This document shows, piece after piece, positions 8,896-17,701 of a stretch of 22,701 bases of DNA; position 1 is the first letter of the stretch; each line of letters starts with the position of its first letter. The notes below the pieces were generated by a model. That model saw nothing but the letters and a program-made list of their open reading frames with translations, was not told the DNA's origin and did not search any database. The stretch is from the NCBI GenBank assembly GCA_027452085.1, contig DAIDHG010000013.1, positions 1 to 22,701 on the forward strand. The letters are read 5' to 3'. This DNA is from a bacterium (GTDB taxonomy: Bacteria; Babelota; Babeliae; Babelales; JABCYS01). A program made the position numbers and the translations under genes.

Positions 8896-10564
8896 AGCTA
8901 AAGGTGCCTATTTTTGTATCCGATTTGATAAAATTCTTCGCCACTTTTTGTACCGTGTCCGAGAGCGGATAGCGATACAGCTGAGAGAAGCGCACTTCAT
9001 CCATAATTGAACGTTCAAGCGGGAACGCTACAAATAGGTTATTGGTCGTCTTAAAGTTGATGAATGGCTTATCGACCCCAGCAATAATGACTTTACGCAG
9101 CTCATCAAGAGTCTGCACCTTCTTGCCATTCACTTCGCTGATCACGGTGCCGATGCCAATTGCACGTGAGCGATGCGCTTGAGAATCGGGGAATAAATGG
9201 GTGATTACTAATGCTGGTTCAAGCTGCTCTTTTGTTTCCCAATATTTGCTCAGTTCACGTGCCACCTTTTCCAGCGTTGCCACATGGTTCAAGGTTAATG
9301 GCATGATTACCATGCCGCCAATAATCTCGTAATCGACCGGCTCATAATCGGCATAGATCATGCGAATTGGCAACAGCTCAGACAGACCAAAAGTAAGATT
9401 AATATCTTTGCGTTTGCCCTGGCGATACACTACCACATGCACATCCTGGCCAAGCTTTAGGCGAGACACATAATCGGAGATGGTGATCTTATCATCGCTC
9501 CACGGCACATTCAGTTCACCATAGTTATCAATTTTGTGCCCATCGATTTCATAGATCATATCGCCGGTGCGCACGCCTGCCTTATCCATGAGGCTTTTAT
9601 TATAGACCTCAACCACATAGACCCCGCCCGGCACTGGGTTGCCAAGGTACGTGGCCAGCGCATCACTCGTGGTCACCGGCACAATGCCAAGAAATGGCTT
9701 GCGCAACAACGGCGTGTTGTGCAAATTGTCTAAAATAATTTTGAGCTCATTGACCGGGATAATGTAGTTGGCATTTTGTGCACCGACGATAGATGCTGCA
9801 TTTACCCCAATAACCTGGCCGGCACGATTTAATGATGGGCCACCTGAGCTGCCTGGATTAATGGGCGCCGACATTTGTATAAAATTCTGGCCCCCGATGC
9901 TTTCGCGGCCGCTGACAATCCCCGTGGTTGCCTTTAATGAATGCTGGGCCAGCGGATAGCCAAGGGCAATGATTTCGTCGGCACGATGCACATTGTCTGA
10001 ATCACCCAGCGTTAAATATGGTATTGAGCCAAGCACACTGCGCACTTCAGCTAATGTTTCTTTTGTTAATTGCAATAAAGCAAGATCACGCTCAGGACAG
10101 ACGCCGATAACGTTCACATCAATAATGCGTTTGCCAAGCGAAGGTATTTGGATCCAGACCGAACGGGCATTATTTACTACATGCCAGTTGGTGATAATTT
10201 TGCCACTATCTGAAATGAAAAAGCCGCTGCCAAAACCTTGGCCTTGATTTGGTGTGCGATACGGTTGCAAAAGATCGATCTCAGCAATTTGCGAAAAAAC
10301 TTGGACCACAGTGTCTTTTGCCTTTTGTTGGAGCTCCGCCCAGCTGAATGATTTGGACGCCGTTGCCGCGGGGTCAGCTATTTGATCTGATGGACTTTGT
10401 ATGCTTGGCCGTTGTGTAGCTGGCTCAATATACAACTCACGTTGTTCATTAATTAATGCAGATAATTGATCATGGAGCTTTGCTTGCTGCTGCCAGATAA
10501 AGCCCATAGCGCCAAATAATGAAGCACACACTATGCAGATTAAAACGCCAAAACTTCTACTCAT
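8888..10564 (-). CDS. HtrA/Deg-family trypsin-like serine protease with PDZ domains (Deg2-like C-terminus), N-terminal membrane anchor
   Basis: GSGFFI, ITNWHVV (His), DLALL (Asp), INPGSSGGP (Ser), two PDZ-like segments and YEIIGGMVIMPLT. Start re-called at 10564 (MSRSFGVLICIV) because the longer ORF overlaps the GlyRS gene. Confidence 0.9.
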   Translation of the reverse strand: MSRSFGVLICIVCASLFGAMGFIWQQQAKLHDQLSALINEQRELYIEPATQRPSIQSPSDQIADPAATASKSFSWAELQQKAKDTVVQVFSQIAEIDLLQPYRTPNQGQGFGSGFFISDSGKIITNWHVVNNARSVWIQIPSLGKRIIDVNVIGVCPERDLALLQLTKETLAEVRSVLGSIPYLTLGDSDNVHRADEIIALGYPLAQHSLKATTGIVSGRESIGGQNFIQMSAPINPGSSGGPSLNRAGQVIGVNAASIVGAQNANYIIPVNELKIILDNLHNTPLLRKPFLGIVPVTTSDALATYLGNPVPGGVYVVEVYNKSLMDKAGVRTGDMIYEIDGHKIDNYGELNVPWSDDKITISDYVSRLKLGQDVHVVVYRQGKRKDINLTFGLSELLPIRMIYADYEPVDYEIIGGMVIMPLTLNHVATLEKVARELSKYWETKEQLEPALVITHLFPDSQAHRSRAIGIGTVISEVNGKKVQTLDELRKVIIAGVDKPFINFKTTNNLFVAFPLERSIMDEVRFSQLYRYPLSDTVQKVAKNFIKSDTKIGTFSYA

Positions 10565-10687
10565 AAAAACACCCAAAATATTTAAAAAATGTACGGATAA
10601 GAACAGTAACACACATACTCTTGTTTGCAAGTCGGTACAGACGAAGGTAAGCTGTCCGCCACTCAAAATTTGTATAAAGGTACCTGT

Positions 10688-12010
10688 ATGTCGATCAATC
10701 AAAACACATCTCCTACGTTAGAAGATATTGTTTCATTGTGTAAACGCCGCGGCTTTGTATATCCATCTGCAGAAATTTATGGTGGTCTGAATGGTGTATA
10801 TGATTTTGGGCATCTGGGCACCTTGTTGAAAAAAAATATTCGTGCTGCATGGCTGCAGTCAATCCAGCAGGCAATTCCTCATGGCCAGATTGTACAATTT
10901 GAAGGGCCGATCTTGGGCCCGCAAGCCGTTTGGGAAGCTTCGGGGCACTTGAAAAACTTTCATGATCCGATGGTCGATTGTCTAAATTGCAAGCATCGCT
11001 ATCGCGCTGATGAGATCGATTTAAATAAGCCATGCCCTCATTGTGGGATCAAAAATTGGACGGCGCCACGTCAATTCAACATGATGTTCAAAACTCATGT
11101 TGGTGCTATGGAAGATGGTTCATCTGTTGCCTATCTGCGCCCGGAAACAGCACAATCTATTTTCATTAATTTTAAAAACATCTACACCACCAGCCGCGTG
11201 AAAATGCCATTTGGTGTTTCTCAAATTGGCAAAGCATTCAGAAACGAAATTACCCCGAAACAGTTTTTATTCCGCATGCGCGAATTTGAACAAATGGAAA
11301 TTGAGTGGTTCTGCAAAAAAGAAGATGCGCTTGCTTTTTATGATACATGGTGTGCGTCGCGCTTTGCTTTTTATCAAAGCATAGGTATTCGTTCGTCACA
11401 CACTCGCTTGCGAACGCATGAAAAAGATGAGCTTGCTCATTATTCAACCGCAACATCTGATGTTGAATATCAGTTTGCATTTGGCTGGAAAGAGCTTGAG
11501 GGCATAGCCTACCGGGGCGACTTTGATTTAAAACAACACAGCGAGCACTCAGGAAAAGATCTCTCGGTCTTTGATGAGGAAACCAAGACGGCATACATAC
11601 CACACGTGGTTGAATGCTCAGTTGGCGTTGATCGACTCTTTCTCACCCTATTTTTTGACAGCTATTACGAAGATGAAGCTGAAGGCGAAAAACGCATTGC
11701 TTTACGTTTTCATCCGCGCATTGCCCCATATAAGGCAGCATTCTTTCCGCTGACCAAAAAACAAGAGCTGCAGATGAAGCCAATTTACGAGCGCATGGTG
11801 CAGGCTGGATACTCGGTTGTCTATGATGAATCTGGCTCTATCGGTAAACGCTATCGCCGCCAAGATGAAATTGGTACGCCCGTTTGTTTCACCTATGACT
11901 TTGAAAGCGATATGGATATGATGGTAACGGTTCGTGATCGTGATAGTATGAAACAGGAACGGATTGCGATTGATAGAATTGAAGAGTTCATGAAGAATTT
12001 ATTGAAGTAG
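10688..12010 (+). CDS. glyQS: Glycine--tRNA ligase, homodimeric alpha2 type
   Basis: LCKRRGF...EIYGG, WEASGH, YLRPETAQ, GKAFRNEITP, REFEQME, ELAHY, GSIGKRYRRQDEIGTP; ATG 10688 preceded by AAAGG. Confidence 0.96.
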   Translation: MSINQNTSPTLEDIVSLCKRRGFVYPSAEIYGGLNGVYDFGHLGTLLKKNIRAAWLQSIQQAIPHGQIVQFEGPILGPQAVWEASGHLKNFHDPMVDCLNCKHRYRADEIDLNKPCPHCGIKNWTAPRQFNMMFKTHVGAMEDGSSVAYLRPETAQSIFINFKNIYTTSRVKMPFGVSQIGKAFRNEITPKQFLFRMREFEQMEIEWFCKKEDALAFYDTWCASRFAFYQSIGIRSSHTRLRTHEKDELAHYSTATSDVEYQFAFGWKELEGIAYRGDFDLKQHSEHSGKDLSVFDEETKTAYIPHVVECSVGVDRLFLTLFFDSYYEDEAEGEKRIALRFHPRIAPYKAAFFPLTKKQELQMKPIYERMVQAGYSVVYDESGSIGKRYRRQDEIGTPVCFTYDFESDMDMMVTVRDRDSMKQERIAIDRIEEFMKNLLK

Positions 12011-12032
12011 GGTCAACATCGCAAGGCGCTTG

Positions 12033-12605
12033 ATGCTGAAAAAAATATATAATTGGATGGGCACACAGGTGCACACGCCCTATGCAGAACCAGGATTAGC
12101 GCTCCTCTCATTTCTTGAGTCGCTTATTTTTCCACCGGTTGCCCCGGTGCTCGTATTATTTTGCGTTGAAAATAAATCGCGCGCGTATCGCTATGCAGCC
12201 ATTGCAACGGTCTGCTCGGTGCTTGGTGGTATCGTGGCATTCTATATCGGCTATGCATTATGGGAGGCAGTTGGGCAGAAGTTAGTGCGCTCCATAACCA
12301 CGCCAGAAACTTTCTCAGGCGTGGTCAAACAGTTTAAGGAGTATCAAACATTGGCGATACTCATCGGTTCGTTTACGCCCATTCCATATAAGTTATTAGG
12401 AGTTACAGCTGGTTTCTGCCAGCTGTCTTTGTTTGGATTTATTACCTACTCGCTCATTGGCCGAGCGGCGCGCTATTTTTTACTCGCGCTCGCTTTGAGT
12501 TATTGGGGCGGTGAAATAAAATCGATCATTGATCGTTGGTTTTATCAGTTAGTCTTGCTATTTATTCTGCTTATTGGGGCAGGATTATTTATGATGCGTC
12601 TCTAA
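12033..12605 (+). CDS. YqaA/DedA-family (VTT domain) membrane protein
   Basis: SFLESLIFPP, SVLGG...YIG, FTPIPYK, GRAARYF; hydrophobic helices. Confidence 0.88.
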   Translation: MLKKIYNWMGTQVHTPYAEPGLALLSFLESLIFPPVAPVLVLFCVENKSRAYRYAAIATVCSVLGGIVAFYIGYALWEAVGQKLVRSITTPETFSGVVKQFKEYQTLAILIGSFTPIPYKLLGVTAGFCQLSLFGFITYSLIGRAARYFLLALALSYWGGEIKSIIDRWFYQLVLLFILLIGAGLFMMRL

Positions 12606-12621
12606 AGACGGGTGTTCATAT

Positions 12622-14454
12622 ATGAAAATTGGTAGTTTACAAACATCTCACATTCCCTCCCACCTGAAAGAGAGTATTAAATCATTGGGCATTGTATTTG
12701 GTGATATCGGAACGAGCCCCATATATACCTTATACGTTGTATTCTTGCTGATTCAACCAACTATGTTCAACATCCTGGGTGTGCTTTCACTCATTGTGTG
12801 GACCTTGATTACGGTAGTGACCATTCAGTATGCCTGGTTGGCCATGAGCTTAAGCCAAAAAGGCGAGGGCGGAACAATTGTATTGCGAGAGATATTAGCC
12901 CCCATGCTCTCAAAGCGGATGGCCGCGGTGTTTACGATTTTATCGGTCATCGGCATCTCATTTTTGATTGGCGATGGCGTCATCACACCAGCGATCAGTA
13001 TTCTTTCCGCCGTTGAGGGGTTGCGATTAATCCCAACCTGGGAATACATTCATCAAAACTTACTGATGCTCATCGCCTGCATCGTGGCAGTTGTTCTCTT
13101 TATTTTTCAACGAAAAGGCACCGAAACAGTTTCGGTTGCTTTTGGGCCGGTGATGGTTATTTGGTTTTTAGCATTGGGCATTTCGGGCTTTAACGCCATT
13201 TTAACTAACCCTTCGGTGCTCTGGGCATTAAATCCCTGGCATGCCGTGCACTATATTATCAGCTCGCCTTTGACCGGCTTGATCGTTCTTTCAAAAGTTA
13301 TTCTCTGCGCAACCGGCGGCGAAGCATTATATGCAGACATGGGCCATTTGGGGCGATTACCTATTATTCGTGCCTGGGGCTTTGCCTTCATTTTATTGGT
13401 GCTCAACTATCTGGGGCAAGGGGCATATCTGAGCTTGCATCCTCAAAGTGAATATATCTTTTATGAGATGATGTATGCGGCAGCACCATCGCTCTATGTA
13501 CCCTTTTTATTCTTAAGCTTAATTGCCACCGTTATTGCTTCGCAAGCAATGATCAGCGGAATTTTTTCAATTGTCTATCAAGGCATCACCACCAATATCA
13601 TGCCAAAGCTTAAGGTTGACTATACCTCACGCAAATTGCGCTCACAGATCTATATTCCCTTTATTAACTGGGCATTATTAGTGCTCGTGATTATTGCAAT
13701 TTTGGAGTTTCGTGAAGCGGCCAACTTGGCCAACGCGTATGGCTTAGCGGCTATCTGCACGATGACGATTACGAGCATCATGATCACTACCATTTTCTGG
13801 CTTAAAGGATGTTATATTAAGGCTGGCATTGCGTTATGCATGATGGCAATCAATGGCCTGTATTTAGTTGCCAGTATTTCCAAGATTCCCTATGGCGGCT
13901 ATTGGTCGATTCTCATTGCCATGATTCCGCTGAGCATTGTGCTGATTTATACAGCAGGCAAGCGTCGCTTATATAATCTGATTCGGCCAAAAACATTGCG
14001 TGAGTTTGCAGATCGATATGAACGAACATTGGTGGACGCAACACGCATTCCTGGCACCGGCGTCTTTTTCTCCAAAGGGGTATCGCGCATTCCATCCTAC
14101 ATTGTGCACATCATGTTTACCAACAACATCATGTATGAAGATAATATTATTGTTTCAGTTGCCACGCAGGATAAACCGTTTGGCGTAACCGCATCATTTA
14201 CCCAACAGCTGGCGCCCGGCTTACGTCTTTTTGAGATTCGGATGGGCTATATGGAGATCATGAATCTGAGCAAAATCTTGAAGATGGCTAATATTGATCC
14301 GAAAGTTATTTTCTACGGCCAGGAAGAGATTGAAACACGCAATGTCTTTTGGAAGATTTTCGCATTGATCAAAAAACTCACACCATCGTTTGTGCAATTC
14401 TATAAGTTGCCAACCAATAAATTGCATGGCGTTTTAATGCGCGTTGAGATGTAA
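12622..14454 (+). CDS. kup: KUP/HAK/KT potassium transporter
   Basis: LGIVFGDIGTSPIY, GEGG, GDGVITPAISILSAVEG, TGGEALYADMGH, NYLGQGA, IASQAMISG, QIYIP..NW, AYGLA. Confidence 0.96.
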   Translation: MKIGSLQTSHIPSHLKESIKSLGIVFGDIGTSPIYTLYVVFLLIQPTMFNILGVLSLIVWTLITVVTIQYAWLAMSLSQKGEGGTIVLREILAPMLSKRMAAVFTILSVIGISFLIGDGVITPAISILSAVEGLRLIPTWEYIHQNLLMLIACIVAVVLFIFQRKGTETVSVAFGPVMVIWFLALGISGFNAILTNPSVLWALNPWHAVHYIISSPLTGLIVLSKVILCATGGEALYADMGHLGRLPIIRAWGFAFILLVLNYLGQGAYLSLHPQSEYIFYEMMYAAAPSLYVPFLFLSLIATVIASQAMISGIFSIVYQGITTNIMPKLKVDYTSRKLRSQIYIPFINWALLVLVIIAILEFREAANLANAYGLAAICTMTITSIMITTIFWLKGCYIKAGIALCMMAINGLYLVASISKIPYGGYWSILIAMIPLSIVLIYTAGKRRLYNLIRPKTLREFADRYERTLVDATRIPGTGVFFSKGVSRIPSYIVHIMFTNNIMYEDNIIVSVATQDKPFGVTASFTQQLAPGLRLFEIRMGYMEIMNLSKILKMANIDPKVIFYGQEEIETRNVFWKIFALIKKLTPSFVQFYKLPTNKLHGVLMRVEM

Positions 14455-14662
14455 GCAATAGGAAAAGCTATGGGCTACACCAATCTCTTTGCTCGGATTG
14501 TTTTGCCAAGTTGGCACCCATTAAGGGCTTTCTCGAGTTTTCTCATATGTCATTTGATCATGACCAGAAATCTTTCATGTAGTTTTATAAATCATAAAAC
14601 CGTAGAAGATTTAAAACTTACGTTGCTGGGCATGGGTCGAGATAGATTTAAAAGTTTCTATC

Positions 14663-15033
14663 TCATCCCAAATGTTGCTTAAGCAACTGGCATACTTGTT
14701 GCACCGCAGAACGAATGCCGGCCTCGTTGGTAATAGGATTGAGTATTAATGAATCATGAATTAACCCGAGATAACGCGTAGCGGTAACTGAAACACCTGC
14801 TTGCTTCAATTTACGAGCATATGCTTCGCCCTCATCTCAGAGCACATCACATTCGTTCGTCATCACATAGGCAGGCGGCAATCCTTGTAATTGCTCAACT
14901 GATGCCTGCAGCGGAGCAGCAATCGAATTTTTTCTGTCAGCTGCTTTGGGCACATAGGCATCCCAAAACCATTTCATACTTTCTTTTTCTAACCAATAGC
15001 CCTTTTGCATTGAGGCTGCTCAAAATTTGTCAT
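14663..15033 (-). pseudogene. Decayed HSL-family alpha/beta-hydrolase (esterase/lipase) C-terminal fragment
   Basis: Manual minus-strand translation from 15010: MQKGYWLEKESMKWFWDAYVPK...APLQASVEQLQGLPPAYVMTNECDVL*DEGEAYARKLKQAGVSVTATRYLGLIHDSLILNP...HLG*. In-frame TGA at 14837-14839; preceding TNFEQP segment is in another frame; N-terminal half absent. Confidence 0.88.
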
Positions 15034-15041
15034 TTTCTCAC

Positions 15042-15088
15042 CAAAAAACCGAAAAAATATCAAAAAAACTGAAAAAACATCAAAATAA
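15042..15088 (+). repeat. Degenerate 19-20 bp tandem repeat producing five A-tracts at ~10 bp spacing
   Basis: caaaaaaccgaaaaaatat / caaaaaaactgaaaaaacat / caaaataa; A-tracts start at 15043, 15052, 15062, 15072, 15082. Confidence 0.7.
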
Positions 15089-15117
15089 TGCTTAGGCAGT
15101 ATCGACATTTAAAAATT

Positions 15118-15153
15118 TGATATAATCAATCCTCAAAGTAATTATTTGAGGAG
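15118..15153 (+). promoter_or_regulatory. IS transposase extended -10 promoter and RBS-overlapping hairpin
   Basis: TGaTATAAT at 15118-15126; inverted repeat CCTCAAA (15131-15137)/TTTGAGG (15145-15151) overlapping SD GAGGAG (15148-15153). Confidence 0.6.
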
Positions 15154-15159
15154 ATAATG

Positions 15160-15923
15160 ATGGATAAAAAGCGCGGTCGTGCTCGCTATGAATTAACAAC
15201 GGAGCAGTGGCACAAAATTAAGGATTTATTGCCTGGCAAGGCTGGGGATCGTGGCAGAACAGCAATAGACAATCGACTTTTCGTAGATGGTGTATTGTGG
15301 ATCCTGCGATCAGGAGCTCGGTGGTCAGATATGCCCGAGAGGTATGGCAAGTACAAGTCGATTCACAAACGATTTACTCGCTGGGCAATGAAAGGAGTCT
15401 GGGAAAAGATATTTATGCATTTGGTTAAAGACCGTGATAATGAATATCTTATGATAGACAGCACTCTGGTTAAAGCGCATCACCAAGCCACCACATATAA
15501 AAAAAAGGGCAGGCTTTGGGGCGTTCCAGAGGTGGCCTGACGACTAAAATCCATATGATGTGCGATGCTTTAGGCCTTCCAGTAAAGTTCATATTAACTG
15601 CAGGTGAGGCGAGTGATTTTGAACAAGCAATTCCTCTTTTACATGGTGAACAACCTGGATATGTGGTAGCAGACAAAGGATACGATAGCAACGAAATTGT
15701 TGACTTTATCCAACAAATCAACGCAATTGCGGTCATCCCACCACGATCAAATCGACTTCATCAACGCATTTATGATAAGATCATTTACAAAGAAAGAAAT
15801 TTGATAGAGCGGCTTTTTAACAGGCTCAAGCAATTTAGAAAAATAGCTACCAGATTTGAAAAAATACGGATCAACTTTGAAGCACTGATTTATCTGGCTT
15901 GTTCATATTTATGGTTGATCTAA
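15160..15923 (+). CDS. IS5-family DDE transposase (orfA/orfB joined by -1 frameshift)
   Basis: orfA: LTTEQW..I..LLP, GVLWILRSGARW, IDST; orfB in -1 frame: LGRSRGGLTTKIH, ADKGYD, YKERNLIERLFNRLK (Y-2-R-3-E-6-K). In-frame slippery A_AAA_AAG at 15501-15507. Start could be 15157 or 15160. Confidence 0.93.
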
Positions 15924-15967
15924 ATGTCGATACTGCCTAGAGGCCATCCAATCAAGAAACCCTTTGT

Positions 15968-16015
15968 AAAAAAATACCATGACGTGGTTAATAATGTGCC
16001 ACGGCATGGTATTTT
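15968..16015 (-). terminator. Probable intrinsic terminator of nurA
   Basis: 17-bp arms AAAATACCATG(A/C)CGTGG with one mismatch (15971-15987 / 15999-16015), ending in a U7 run on the minus strand, at the nurA stop. Confidence 0.75.
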
Positions 16016-17123
16016 AAATTCCAATACTTCTTTTTTGAAAACTTTTTCTCGAAATGGCATATCGTTGTTTATGTTCGATCGAAAGTTTTTGTACCGCATG
16101 GTAGAAAAAATCTCTATCTGGGCCTTTGACCACGGCAGCTTCGTGCGCCTCGGCTAAAGAAATAGGATAACCGCGACCTTTATGAATTTGATCAAGCACG
16201 AGCGAGGCAACTTGATCGACAATAGATCTATCCTGGGCCATCCAGGCGGGCAGTTCAACCCGACCAATTTCCTCCTCACCATTCAGATAAAAGAAATGTG
16301 GCTTCAAATGATCTGGATATCGTTTGCTTATGGCGGCCTGGTTTGCAAAAATTCCACTGCGTTTATTATGATCAAGATAAAAGTTAACAACGTTGGCATC
16401 ACATAATTTAAAATCGATCTGCCGCTTTGAGCGCATATATTCATAGGCTCGAATTAAGCCAATGAGTTCCTTACTTTTAGGATAGCTAATATAGCTTGCC
16501 ATCCAAATGCCATTGCGGGCCGCTTGATCAAGAGAACTTAAATAAGCGGGCAAGAATCGTTCTTTGGTAACTTCATCTTTCGCTTCTAAGTGCCAAAAAA
16601 TTAAGGAACCATCAAATAAGATCAGCGTTGTTCGTCCCTGCCCTTCTGCCACAATCTTCATACCTTGAACGACGCCAGCACGTAGCTCAAACTCTTCTCG
16701 AAGGCAGTTAATAAGATCAGTGCCGTCATCGCCGCCTTCTTCATCAGCCGTAAAAATAACTGATGGTTCAGCATGCCGGAGCATAGTTGATTTTGTTTGG
16801 TTGTAGGAAAATTGCACTGAGCCGATATTGATTAATGAGCAGGCGGCAGATTGATGGCGATCAGGATAAATTTGTGAGCCATCAACAGCTAAAATAGTGT
16901 AATTGGCTGGCGTAGGTGCAATGGCATGGCTGGCATCCACCGCTCCATGCCATGCGGGCACCGACCAGGGGAGATTTACCGCAGCAACCTTTTGGCTAAA
17001 AAGGGGATCATCAGATAGTTGCTGCCACATTTCGCGAGCGAGCTCAACCTCTGGTGAATTGTCTTGAAATAAACGTTCGACTTGCTGCTGAAGCTCTTTA
17101 AATAATTTGCCGCGATCTAACAT
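16014..17123 (-). CDS. nurA: NurA-domain nuclease (RNase H-like fold)
   Basis: ILAVDGSQ, LFDGSL, RVELPAW and GYPISLAEAHEAAVV are the characteristic NurA motifs. Confidence 0.86.
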   Translation of the reverse strand: MLDRGKLFKELQQQVERLFQDNSPEVELAREMWQQLSDDPLFSQKVAAVNLPWSVPAWHGAVDASHAIAPTPANYTILAVDGSQIYPDRHQSAACSLINIGSVQFSYNQTKSTMLRHAEPSVIFTADEEGGDDGTDLINCLREEFELRAGVVQGMKIVAEGQGRTTLILFDGSLIFWHLEAKDEVTKERFLPAYLSSLDQAARNGIWMASYISYPKSKELIGLIRAYEYMRSKRQIDFKLCDANVVNFYLDHNKRSGIFANQAAISKRYPDHLKPHFFYLNGEEEIGRVELPAWMAQDRSIVDQVASLVLDQIHKGRGYPISLAEAHEAAVVKGPDRDFFYHAVQKLSIEHKQRYAISRKSFQKRSIGI

Positions 17124-17206
17124 AGTTTATGTCCATCATCTTGCAGTAACCGTGCGTGCGGTGTAGGCTGTCTTCACTATTAAAAATTCAAAAGGGAGTT
17201 TACCTG

Positions 17207-17701
17207 ATGTCAGGGCATATAGCACGTCTTTGCTTATTCATTTCATTAGTTTCGACATCATCGCAGATGATTGCTGATACAAAATCATGGTGGTCATTTG
17301 ATTTTTCAACCACAGCGTCAGCACAAACCGATATTGCGGAAGAATCAACCCCGCAAGAAAAGCGCCCTTCATTTTTAAAGCAATGCCAACAATGGACGGG
17401 CCCCGTATTAGTTGGTTCAGCATTATTAATAGGCGAGCATATATACAATCGCTTTCAGAGAAACAACCTCAGAAAATTGTTTAATGAAAACATGGCTGAA
17501 ACACGCAATGTTATGGGCGAAGAATTTACCAAACAGTTTGAAAAGCAGGCAAAGGAAATGCGCGAAATTAAACAAGAGCTACAACAGATTCGCCAGCGAA
17601 ATGAAATTCTCACAGCCGCACTCAATGAGGCCATGGGCAATGATGACAATGACCGAGAAGAAGAAAATAACCAAGAAAGGAAAAACAATGAAAATGAATA
17701 A
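17207..17701 (+). CDS. Exported/membrane-anchored coiled-coil hypothetical protein (164 aa)
   Basis: GGGAG RBS before ATG 17207; signal-like N-terminus, hydrophobic segment GPVLVGSALLIG, E/K/Q-rich heptads, acidic Asn-rich tail. Confidence 0.72.
   Translation: MSGHIARLCLFISLVSTSSQMIADTKSWWSFDFSTTASAQTDIAEESTPQEKRPSFLKQCQQWTGPVLVGSALLIGEHIYNRFQRNNLRKLFNENMAETRNVMGEEFTKQFEKQAKEMREIKQELQQIRQRNEILTAALNEAMGNDDNDREEENNQERKNNENE

Larger units (their letters stand above)
15095..15937 (+). mobile_element. IS5-family insertion sequence (IS427-like group), 843 bp
   Basis: Perfect 17-bp terminal inverted repeats GGCAGTATCGACATTTA (15095-15111) / TAAATGTCGATACTGCC (15921-15937), flanked by TA on both sides (15093-15094, 15938-15939); encloses a two-frame transposase. 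Confidence 0.95.

Noticed and set aside
10565..10702. N-terminal extensions of the protease and GlyRS ORFs giving a head-to-head overlap
   Set aside because: Downstream ATGs (10564, 10688) fit the family N-termini and leave a normal 123-bp divergent promoter gap. Similar over-extension applies to starts 143, 2862, 17156, 17484 and 20530.
14470..14682. 70-aa ORF after kup as a real gene
   Set aside because: Weak RBS only, no recognisable motif, overlaps the pseudogene end; the several short palindromes here are not distinguishable from chance by eye.
14837..14839. In-frame TGA as evidence of stop-codon recoding or selenocysteine
   Set aside because: The position is a conserved Arg (CGA>TGA), the gene has other lesions, and psd and tlyA end normally at TGA.
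14821..15072. 83-aa plus-strand ORF
   Set aside because: Antisense shadow of the esterase pseudogene running into the A-tract repeat.
15157..15923. Transposase as a frameshifted pseudogene
   Set aside because: The break falls on a canonical A_AAA_AAG motif at the usual place for this group, and IRs and catalytic motifs are intact.
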